A DNA stretch of 64,000 nucleotides from Azolla caroliniana (Eukaryota > Plantae > Polypodiophyta), in the NCBI GenBank assembly GCA_043228905.1, contig JBHGNT010000016.1:7564001-7628000 (forward strand), in the 5' to 3' direction. The notes under the pieces are model-generated. The model saw only the letters and a list, made by a program, of their open reading frames with translations. It was not told the DNA's origin and searched no databases. The number at the start of each line of letters is the position of its first letter. The stretch's first letter is position 1. This document shows positions 37,984-48,400 of this stretch, one piece after another. The translations under genes and the position numbers were made by a program.

Positions 37984-38729
37984 TGTCGTAGTGTATTTTG
38001 TACACTACGTGAAAAACTTATAAAGTACCAATTTAATAAATATGAATAAATAGTAGAAAATATTAAAATTTATATAACATGCATAGGGCAAGATTCGAAC
38101 CTTGCACCTCCATGTTAATAATGTAATGTCTTACCATTACACTAGCATTTCATTAGTGGTCAAAAGTAAATGTTCCACATAGAAAGGTTAGTTCACCTAG
38201 GATAAACTTTAGTTAAAAGAAAACGCATGCTAAAAGAAAAAGCTATGCATGCACATCTAGCGTGCATGAACGCCATAGTTGATAAAAAAACGCACAAGTC
38301 AGAAAAAGCATGGTCACTTTAGATAAAGCATATATTCTATCTATAGGAAAAGCATGGAGTCTATAGTTAGAGAAGAAAAAGCATGGATTGCTAAGACTCT
38401 CTCATCTCTATATAAGGATGAGGAGCACAATGTAAGTGTGTGAAAAATATTTGGAAACTGGATATGTTTCTAAAAAAACACCAATTAATAAACTATACTC
38501 GTGGGATTCACGAGAATTCTATATCATTCTCTTTCAACCGAAGTTTATATTCTTATATTCATATTGATTAATCTAATACAATACACTCGTGGGATTCACG
38601 AGTTTGCTATAACTCTTTCTTACAACATATTTATATTCTTATTAGCCTTATAACTCTCCTCTTCCTAGTCCAAAACCCCAGCGGTTCCCACCCGACTCAC
38701 GCAACGATCTGGCGCCGAAAGGCACGACA
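37984..38729 (+). repeat. 5' LTR of element H
   Basis: TGTCGTAG...GCACGACA; TATA-like CTATATAAG ~38408. Confidence 0.95.
38086..38146 (-). promoter_or_regulatory. tRNA-like Pol III module in H LTR, antisense to the element (second copy 40592-40652)
   Basis: Minus strand: A box TAGTGTAATGG (38144-38134), B box GGTTCGAATC (38101-38092), hairpin GCAAG-GTTCGAAT-CTTGC, TTTT about 20 nt downstream. Confidence 0.72.
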
Positions 38730-38733
38730 CAGT

Positions 38734-38750
38734 TGGTGAACCCGACGTGA
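38734..38750 (+). promoter_or_regulatory. PBS, tRNA-Trp (element H)
   Basis: TGGTGAACCCGACGTGA, after a 4-nt spacer from the LTR. Confidence 0.88.
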
Positions 38751-38767
38751 AGGCGGGTGGCAAGGAG

Positions 38768-40555
38768 ATGGAGAATCAACAAGAGGCGATGAACATGATG
38801 ATGATGATGTTCGAGAGAATGCTACAAGAACAACGCGAGATGTCGGAGATCACGACAGTAGTACAACGGCTCGTGCAACAGAACGGGCAATTCGATGGAA
38901 AGGACGTGTCACGCTATCTACGTGACTACAAAATGGAGATGTTGCGATATGGTATCTCAGAAAGATTGCAAGTGTTATCTTTCAACCGGGTGGCTACGGA
39001 TGAGCTTCAAGAGAGAATCCACGAGATACGGCAACGAAGCCCGATGTGGGAGTCCTTTGAAGAAGCTATACGAGACACATATGACTATCTAAGACCGAAG
39101 CGGACGAGGACATGGTCCACGAACGGCGGTCAACAGTGGGTGAAAAGCGGCCACCGACTACCACCGAAGGAGAGCTTGATGCGGAAGGGTTCGGAGATGC
39201 ATGAAAAGTCGCAAGTCGACATTGAAGGGGAGCTTAAAACCGAACCAAAGTCGAGGCCAACAAAGGAAGAGGAGGAGGAAGATCGAGGACGAAAGGGTAT
39301 CCCCACACCGGTTCCAGAGACTTCGGCGGTTGTGCCCGTGCACCAACGTGAGACCGGAGAGACGGAATGTGTCGGCGGAAAAGTGGAGGACCGGAAGGGC
39401 AACGAGGAAGACAAAGTAAATGAGCACGAACGAAGGGATTCCTTCACCATTGTTTCGGAGACTTCGGTACTCGAGCCCGGGTGTCGACATAACACCGAAG
39501 ATAAGGAAAGTGGCGGCAACGAAACGAAGGTCGAAGCCGATGCATACAAAGGAGAGATAGCCAAGGAGAACATGGCTATGGGTGAAACAACGGAAGATGA
39601 TAATACCGAGGATTCCTACCCACTAATTCTAGAGACTTCGGCGGTTGTGTCCGAGAACCAACGTGAGACCGGAGAGACGGGAGGTGGCAGCAAGGAAGGT
39701 AAAGTCGGAAGCCGGTTCGGATGGAAGATGATCCATCTGAAATTCCGATGTAAACAAAAGCATGACAACGCGAAGGTCGGGTCTACGATGGGAGAAGCAT
39801 GTAATACGGAGCACGCACTACGGCACCAAAAGAAGCACGTGCTACGGCGTAAAAAGAAGCACGCGCTACGGTGCAAAAAGAAGCATGCACTACGGGGTAA
39901 TACGACGCATGCACTACGATGGAATACGAAGCATGCGCTACGGCCTAATACGACGCATGCGCAACATCGAGAAATAAAGCATGCATTAAAGCCGCACAAG
40001 GACCTAACAGCGAGCGCGTATTCGGAGGTCGACATCGACGCGTGGGTAGAACCTACGGAAGACAAGTGCGGAGTGGAGAGAGACAACACACCGAGATGCT
40101 CAAGAGTACCACAAGGGACCATGACAACCACTCATGGCAATGCAAAGAATGAACGAAGATTATGGTGGATCGGATGGCGACAATGGTTCGGGTGGAAAGA
40201 TTGGATGTGCTCAAAATGGAGAGACAAAGCCGACATAGCAAGAGAAACGGAGGGTACTACAAGTAAAGATGAATTACGAGGGCCGGTAATTGGAGACTGG
40301 ATAGAGCCTGCAACCGAACAAAACTGGAAACCGGGTGAAGTCGACAACCAAAAACGGGAGACCGAATGGGGCCGACAACCAAAAATGACCAGCGACGAAA
40401 CCAACCATGCGGAGAATGGACGGACGAGACTAACAATCACCGACAACTTCGGCACATACCGGAGGATGTGCGGGTTCGGAGGGGGCGAGTGTCGTAGTGT
40501 ATTTTGTACACTACGTGAAAAACTTATAAAGTACCAATTTAATAAATATGAATAA
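38768..40555 (+). CDS. Intact Gag-like protein with acidic and basic repeat regions (frame open from 38747; stop lies inside the 3' LTR)
   Basis: GQFDGKDVSRYLRDYKMEM...WESFEEAI capsid-like N-terminus; 3x ETSAV...RETGET motif; 8x xHALRxxx; Trp-rich patch. Confidence 0.8.
   Translation: MENQQEAMNMMMMMFERMLQEQREMSEITTVVQRLVQQNGQFDGKDVSRYLRDYKMEMLRYGISERLQVLSFNRVATDELQERIHEIRQRSPMWESFEEAIRDTYDYLRPKRTRTWSTNGGQQWVKSGHRLPPKESLMRKGSEMHEKSQVDIEGELKTEPKSRPTKEEEEEDRGRKGIPTPVPETSAVVPVHQRETGETECVGGKVEDRKGNEEDKVNEHERRDSFTIVSETSVLEPGCRHNTEDKESGGNETKVEADAYKGEIAKENMAMGETTEDDNTEDSYPLILETSAVVSENQRETGETGGGSKEGKVGSRFGWKMIHLKFRCKQKHDNAKVGSTMGEACNTEHALRHQKKHVLRRKKKHALRCKKKHALRGNTTHALRWNTKHALRPNTTHAQHREIKHALKPHKDLTASAYSEVDIDAWVEPTEDKCGVERDNTPRCSRVPQGTMTTTHGNAKNERRLWWIGWRQWFGWKDWMCSKWRDKADIARETEGTTSKDELRGPVIGDWIEPATEQNWKPGEVDNQKRETEWGRQPKMTSDETNHAENGRTRLTITDNFGTYRRMCGFGGGECRSVFCTLREKLIKYQFNKYE
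39806..40000 (+). repeat. 24-nt coding tandem repeat (~8 units)
   Basis: GCA(C/T)GC(A/G)CTACG core every 24 nt, encoding (E/K/T)HALRxxx. Confidence 0.85.
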
Positions 40556-41235
40556 ATAGTAGAAAATATTAAAATTTATATAACATGCATAGGGCAAGAT
40601 TCGAACCTTGCACCTCCATGTTAATAATGTAATGTCTTACCATTACACTAGCATTTCATTAGTGGTCAAAAGTAAATGTTCCACATAGAAAGGTTAGTTC
40701 ACCTAGGATAAACTTTAGTTAAAAGAAAACGCATGCTAAAAGAAAAAGCTATGCATGCACATCTAGCGTGCATGAACGCCATAGTTGATAAAAAAACGCA
40801 CAAGTCAGAAAAAGCATGGTCACTTTAGATAAAGCATATATTCTATCTATAGGAAAAGCATGGAGTCTATAGTTAGAGAAGAAAAAGCATGGATTGCTAA
40901 GACTCTCTCATCTCTATATAAGGATGAGGAGCACAATGTAAGTGTGTGAAAAATATTTGGAAACTGGATATGTTTCTAAAAAAACACCAATTAATAAACT
41001 ATACTCGTGGGATTCACGAGAATTCTATATCATTCTCTTTCAACCGAAGTTTATATTCTTATATTCATATTGATTAATCTAATACAATACACTCGTGGGA
41101 TTCACGAGTTTGCTATAACTCTTTCTTACAACATATTTATATTCTTATTAGCCTTATAACTCTCCTCTTCCTAGTCCAAAACCCCAGCGGTTCCCACCCG
41201 ACTCACGCAACGATCTGGCGCCGAAAGGCACGACA
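40490..41235 (+). repeat. 3' LTR of element H
   Basis: Same length and sequence as the 5' LTR. Confidence 0.95.
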
Positions 41236-42454
41236 CCGGTTCATCCAGTCCGCATCCAACCCGGTGATCCGGTCTGATCTGGTTGTGGTGTTGGTGCCGG
41301 TCCCCATCCTGTTCTAGTTCGGCGCCGTCCATCTGTTCCAGTTCCGGTTCCGTCACCGTCCGTCCGGTTTGGTCCTACAAAACCATTATGAGTAATTAAG
41401 CCACAATTTAGACCAAGAACATTCTGTGCTTCACACATAGACAAAAAGTAATAAGTTCTAACTCTGCTTATATACTGTGGGATCCCGATTTATCCTATCT
41501 ATGTGGGATATCTCATAGTTTTATGTTTCTCTTCTTCTTCTCAAACTTCACATTCACATAACTGGACATTTAGTAGTCTATTTCAAATATAGTAAAGTAT
41601 ATTCAGAAGGTCTTGAAGACCTCTATTTTCCCGTATCAAGATATTAAGCTAATCTAAAATAATATCTTCACTATTATTGTTTTTTGTCTTGTGAGAAGAA
41701 CTACACTCGATTTCATACATTCCATGTAATTTTCACACCATTGCCAAAATCTTCACGAAAACGTTCATAGATGACCACAATCGGAAGCTGTGGGTCTCAC
41801 CATTGAAGACGAAGGATCAAGTGTTATCCGTCTTCAAGGAGCTCCACGATAGAGTGGAAAGATAAACCGGACGAACAGTTGAAGGCGGTTTGAGTAGATA
41901 ACTGAGTAGAATACCGGGGGCAGCTCGAGGAGGACTACCGGTCGAAGGGAATCCGGCTGGAGTTTATTGTGCCGAAGATGGCGAAACTAAAGGCGTTGGT
42001 CGAAAGGATGAACCAAACCATGATGGAGACAGTCCGGAGCATGCTTGCACATGCCAAGTTACCCAAGAGGTTTTAGGCCAAGGTATTGACGACGACCTAT
42101 ATGATAAACAGATCACCCTCAGTAGCCTTAGACGGAGACACACCGCAAAGAGTATGGACCGGTAAGGATGTATCCTACCGGCATCTGAAGGTGTTCGGGT
42201 GTCTTGCATACGTGCATGTAGCGAAGGACAAGAGAGAAAAGCTGGATCCAAAGTCCCAGCCATGCATATTCCTTGGATACGGGGATGATGAGTTCGTTTA
42301 CCGTGTGTGGGATCTGGTCGGCAAGAAGGTGTTCCGAAGTCGGGACATAGTCTTCATGAAAGACAGGACCATTTCCGACTGGGATTCGGAGAAGAAGGTG
42401 ATGAACTCTGCATCATCCAATGAAAACCAGCTTGAGGACACAAGGATATACCCG

Positions 42455-42966
42455 TGTTATGTACACATAACGTTGGTGAGGGTAGGTCATTAATATGTTA
42501 TGTACACATAACGTTGGTGAGGGTATGTCACTAATATTTACATTAGTGAAGGGTATGTTCACTATTATTAAAAAGGGGACTAATGATTGGATAGAATGAA
42601 TGATATGTGCATGCACTATCATGATTTAGACAACCAATGAATAGAGAGCCTTTTAGAAAGGCACATCTATTCAAGGGGCCTAGGAAAAGGTATAAATATG
42701 AGGCTTAGCTACCCTCATAGGGATCACGTCGGAAGGCTGCTGTCGTAGACACCGGTGGTGCGGGCTAGGCTTTCGTCTCGACGATCGTGTTTATCTCTTC
42801 CAAGGTATTAGTCATCCTAATATCCGGCGGTATGGGACGTCGGTGGTAGGTTGGCTATGTCTAGATCATAGCTCGGGGGTGGTCGGGTGGAACGGGTTCT
42901 TCTATCCAATCTATTTTCTTCCTTTTTACTTGATTTGGTCTATTGATTAGTGATAGACTCTTAACA
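42455..42966 (+). repeat. 5' LTR of element M (512 bp, includes a 41-bp terminal duplication)
   Basis: Matches 49125-49595 apart from a few substitutions and the extra unit. Confidence 0.94.
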
Positions 42967-43214
42967 GTGGTATCAGAGCTTTTACTAACAATTTTTTTGT
43001 TGTTTTGATGTTTTTTGCGTGTGAGCGAGGGGGATCTAACAAGGCTCGTCATGCTCTTCTCAGGATCAAAACAACACTCTAAACCCGGTATTCTTCTTTT
43101 TTGATCTCTTCTCTTTTTCTATTATGCGTTCTTTATGGTCGAATCAAATTGGTATTACGTTTTATTCTCTTTCTTTCTACCTCCTACTACGCTACGATTT
43201 TACTTATTATTATG

Positions 43215-43735
43215 CATCGGGCCGAGCGTTTTTGCACTAATCGCACACGCTCAACTCATGGCCTTTTGCATATTGCGATATATATCCCACTCTCTCCTCT
43301 CTTGAACTCTTACGATAATAATTATTCTTGTGCATTGGGTCGAGCGTGTTTGCTCTAATCGCACACGCTTATCTCATGGCCGTTTTGCATATGATGTTGA
43401 GTATACCACTCTTCCCCTCTATTGAGCCATCACTTGGCCGATTCTAAGGGATGATGTGGCCTTGACGAGGTGTATGTTGCCTACCTATGCCACTCTACTC
43501 TCTATTAAGCCATCAATTGGCCGATTCTATGGGATGTTGTGGCCTTGACAAGGTATATGTAGCTTACATATGCCACTTTCCTTTTTAATTAGCCATCAAT
43601 TGGCCGATTCTAAGGGATGATGTGGCCTTGACGAGGTATATGTCACTTACCTATGCCACTTTCCTCTTTAATTAGCCATTACTTGGCCGATTCTAGGGAT
43701 ATGTGGTGGTCTTGAGGAGGTGCATGTCAACTACC
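43215..43735 (+). repeat. Tandem repeats in the M leader (2x ~117 bp, then 4x ~84 bp)
   Basis: AGCCATCAATTGGCCGATTCTA-GGGATG-TGTGGCCTTGAC units at ~43424, 43508, 43591, 43674. Confidence 0.85.
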
Positions 43736-44717
43736 CTAGGGTTTCGTATCTTAGGGCATGTTTGATTCCATACACCTAATTGTTGATTATTCTAATTAAA
43801 TTTTAATTTCATAAGTATTGTTTCACTTATATGATTTTCTAGTAATTATTATTTACCCGCCCACAATTAACTCTCCTTTTTCCACTTCCTTTTCATGTAT
43901 AAAGTATTTACATCGTTTATTTTAATGTAACCTTTACGTGTAGACTATTTTTTTCGTATGGAGTGGCTTGTTGAACGATTTTTTTTCAACGGGTCATCTA
44001 GGTTTAACTCTTATCATCAAGCCTTAGAAAACGAGTAAAACCATATGAGTTCCCTTATTGATGTTTTACTCATGGATTTGAGTATTACATCTTTGCGCAC
44101 AACACCGTCATCACTTGTATCAATTTGTGGCTTATGTCACAATTGTGCAAGTTATAACAATCATATTGGGATGTATATGTGCATACCTTGCACTTCCCAT
44201 TTATTTGTGACATTGTTTTTTTCGTAGGTAATACATCGGTTCTTTTTTTTACCCTTGTTTTCGTCACTACTTAACTCTTATGAGTAGTGCCTTATTTTAT
44301 CATTTTATCATCACGTTTGCTTATTGCTCGCAAGACTAGAATATTACTTGTGAGTGCACTTGTTTTTTCACGTAATACACTTTCTCGACCATATAATACA
44401 TGATGGGTTGGCATTAATATAAGGCTATCTAGGAAATTTCATTGATGTAAGAACCATGGTTGAGCCTCGGGGAGCCGCCATGATTACTCAAGATAGAGAT
44501 CCGAGAAATACATCTTAGCTATGTTTTCCCCCATGGTTTTTAAAACACCATAGTGTTACCATAGTTATCGGATCTCGAATCACATCTCATATGTCTAGAG
44601 GGTAAAGACATGAGATACTTTCTTGGATAAAGTTCTTTCAATCAAAATTTCAAGCATTCATTTTGCTTGTGTATTTTCTGAACCTCCTTATTTTATTGCA
44701 TACCCACAGCGTGCATC

Positions 44718-45420
44718 ATGGAACAAGTTTTGAACGCAGTTGGAACGATCTCTCCAAATGAGACCTCTCAACCCCAATCCGCATCTCGCACACAAGCTGA
44801 GATCACTATTGAGCAATTGCTCACTACTACCTTGAATCAATTGGCCGAAATGAGACAGGCCAATATGGCATTGGAAAAGAAATTCCAAGAATTAACTATT
44901 GAGTCCAAGAAAGAAGGTGAACCTTCCTTCGTAGTCACGCCTTTCAAGGGAGATAAGAAAGAAAGAACCGAGGAGGCCATTAGCACTTGGCTTGGTCGTT
45001 GGGAGTCTCACTTTGAGCTTCATCCCAAGCCCGATGCAGTAAAAATTGGTTATGTCGGTCGTGAGTTAGGTGGCCGAGCTGCTGCTTGGTGGCGTGGCCT
45101 AAGGACCGCAAAAAACTTACCCACAACTTGGGAAGGTTTCGTTGATGTTTTTAAGAAACAATTCTTGCAACCACCTTCTCAAACCGAACAAGTGCAACAC
45201 TTGCTCACATTGTCTAGTAAGCCATTTACCTCTCTCGAGGATTATGTGCATCACGCTCGGACCCAGATCCAAAAATCGGGACTTACGGGTGAGAAATGGT
45301 TTGTCGCTTGTTTTTTGAATGGTATTCCCAATGGGGATTATCATTGGATTGTCCATGACAAGGACCCCACAACTTTCGAGGAAGCCGTATTGTGCTGCGA
45401 TACCATAGGACTTCCAAGAA
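44718..45420 (+). CDS. gag: Gag capsid region of element M (frame changes before the zinc knuckle)
   Basis: PFKGD...ISTWL...LGGRAAAWW...[15 protein letters not shown]...FLNGI...PTTFEEAV. Confidence 0.85.
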
Positions 45421-48400
45421 AGACCACAATAAACCTGAGTTCGCCAAAACTCCGAATGTCAAGTTCATTGGGAAACGTAAGCAATCCAGTGACACTCTTG
45501 ACCGCGACTCAAAGAAACCGAACCTCTTCTGTGCATATTGCAAGAAGCGGGGCCACACAAAGGATACCTGTCGTCGTCTTGAGAGGAAGTCAATGAACAC
45601 CCCTCCTCAAGACAAATCTACGAGTCACACAGGTGAGTCTTTTGATATTGTTGAAGTTCATACCAATCACTTAAGTTTATGTGAATGCACTTTTCCTTCA
45701 CATTTACTTGGACCTAATGATTTACTCCGAGCAGTCGGATATATCAATGGAACACAAGCACATTTCTTGTTTGATTCCGGTAGTTCTCACAATTTTCTTA
45801 ATGATCACTTTGTGCAGCAAATGGAGCTCCACATAAACGCAAGTGATCATATCTATCAAGTTCACATGGCAAATGGAAACGTTCAATACATCAGTGGCAT
45901 TGTTTGTCAACTGCCAATTCAAATAGATACTTATTTGGAGAAGCTTGACTTTCATGTTATGAAATTACAATCCGCAGATGTCATTTTAGGATATCCTTGG
46001 TTTTTTAATAAAAACCCTTCTTTGTCCATTGATTGGGTTAATCACTCAATCACATTTGAACTTAATAATTGTAAACATTTTATTCAATGTTCCAAACTTC
46101 CTTCTCATTCACTTGTGTCTTCTAAATCTTTAAGTGAGTATTCTAGTTCATTAATTTATTCGTGTGTAATTGATCTTGCGGTTCAATTTTATTATTTTAA
46201 TATTGACGCCACACAATTACCACATTTTGAGCAACGATTACTCGACTCTATTTTAGAGGATTTTCAAGATGTGTTTCCTACTGAATTACCGCTTACTTTA
46301 CCACCTAAACGTAATGTGGACCATCAAATTGAACTCATCCCTGGGGCTGCTCCTGTGAGCATTCCACCTTACCGACTTAGTCGATTAGAAGAGGATGAGA
46401 TCGCTAAACAACTTAAGGAATACTTGAGTATGGGCCACATTAGGTATAGTAAATCACCTTGGGGTGCGCCAGTTCTATTAGTCAAGAAGAAGGAAGGATC
46501 GTGGCGAATGTGTATCAATTATCGCCGTTTGAATAAAATGACAATTAAGAATGCATATCCATTACCTCGTGCCGATGATTTGATTGATCGTTTGCACGGG
46601 GCTCGATATTTTACGAAAATTGACTTACGAACTGGTTATCATCAGATTCGCATCGCCGAGGATGATATTCCTAAAACCGCTTTTCGTACGCGCTATGGCC
46701 ATTATGAGTTTTTAGTCATGCCGTTTGGGTTGACTAATGCTCCAGCCACATTCCAACAAGCGATGAATGATGTTTTCCGAGATCAACTCGGTGATTTTGT
46801 TGTCGTCTTCTTGGATGATATTTTGATATATAGCCGTACCTTGCAAGATCATGTTCAACATGTTCGATTTGTTTTGCGAAAGTTGCGTGACAACTCTTTC
46901 TATGCAAAACATTCAAAATGTGACTTCTTCCAAAAATCTATTGTGTACCTAGGTCATTTAATTACAGAAAAGGGCGTTGAAATTGAACCTTCTCGTATTG
47001 AAAAGGTTAAACTTTGGCCCATTCCTCGTAATATTCGTGAACTTAGATCATTCTTAGGGTTTGTTGGATTTTTACGAAAATCAATTGGTAACTATTCCAA
47101 ATTGACTACGCCATTAACTGACCTTTTAAAAGGTCATCCACGTAAGTCTGTCAAACCAATTTCATGGAATGAACAACTTGACAAATCATTTGAGACACTC
47201 AAGGAGCATGTGTGTCAGGCTCCCACTCTTCTATTACCAGACCCTTCTAAGCCTTTCTCAATTGAAACCGATGCTAGCGATTATGCTATTGGTGTCGTTC
47301 TTTATCAAGGTGGTCACCCTATTGCTTTTGAAAGTAAGAAGCTTGATGCTGCTCAATCTCGGTATTCGGTTCAAGAGAAAGAGTTGTTTGCGGTGATACA
47401 CGCACTTAAAACATGGAGGCACTATCTCTATGGAAATAAATTTGTGGTTACAACAGACCATCAATCATTAAAGTATTTTTGTGACCAGCCCGATCTTGTT
47501 GGTCGTAAAGGCCGTTGGGCTGACCTTATGCAAGATTTTGATTTTTCCATACGATATCGCAAGGGTTCTATGAACACCGTTGCTGATGCTCTTAGTCGCA
47601 TTAAAGAAGTTAACATGCTTAGCTTCACGGAAATAAAATCTGATCTTTTAGATCACCTTCGAGGGAAATACCTTGATGACAGTTATTTCTCAAAATACTG
47701 GACGAAAGCCGAATCTGGTTTAGATGCCGATACTAGCACCCTACCCTCGAAGGCGACCTTTCACATTACAAACGGTTTGCTCTACCGTAGTGGAAAGGTC
47801 TGTGTTCCAGATTTACCAAATGTTAAACAGAAAATTTTTCATGAATGTCATGATGCACCATCTGCTGGTCATCTTGGAATACAACGCACACTCGTTCTCA
47901 TCTCGTGTACTTTTTTCTGGCCTAAGATCCGCTCTGACGTGCATAAATACGTAACTCAATGCTTACAATGTCAGATTAATAAGTCGGAACGACTTAAAGC
48001 TGCTGGTCTTTTACATCCCTTAGATATTCCCAACAATAAATGGGAAAGTATCTCGATGGATTTTATTGTTAGTTTACCTCGTACACAGAGGGGTCATGAT
48101 GCCATATGGGTTGTCGTTGACAGGCTAACAAAATTAGCTAGATTTATTCCTACAAAAACCACGGTAACCGCTCAACAGTTGGCTTATCAATTTGTTGATG
48201 AGTTATTTCGTTTTTATGGATTACCGATGGATATTGTTAGTGATCGAGATTCCAAGTTTACTAGTGACTTTTGGACTCAGGTCTTTAAGAAACTAGAAAC
48301 TACGTTGAGCATGAGTTCCGCAGATCATCCTCAGTCTGATGGACAAACTGAACGAGTTAATCAAATTATTGAGGACATGCTTCGAGCTTATGTAGCAAAA

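Larger units (their letters stand above)
37984..41235 (+). mobile_element. Young non-autonomous tRNA-Trp-primed LTR element H (3252 bp, TR-GAG-like)
   Basis: 746-bp LTRs 37984-38729 and 40490-41235 with no difference seen; PBS 38734-38750; PPT GGAGGGGGCGAG; 4-bp TSD CCGG; one ORF, no pol. Confidence 0.95.
36666..41760 (-). mobile_element. Truncated G-family element I (5' LTR, Trp PBS, gag start); its LTR hosts H
   Basis: LTR 37042-41760 (ends CACGAAA) homologous to G LTRs; PBS ~37019-37033; GQFDGRNITKFLDAY in ORF 36634-36975. Confidence 0.85.

Noticed and set aside
38710-38720. TGGCGCCGAA resembling a tRNA-Lys-type PBS
   Set aside because: It lies inside the LTR (also at the end of the 3' LTR); the real PBS follows at 38734.
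39806-43735. CRISPR-like arrays (24-nt and 84-bp repeats)
   Set aside because: Units are contiguous and degenerate with no unique spacers and no cas genes; the context is eukaryotic.
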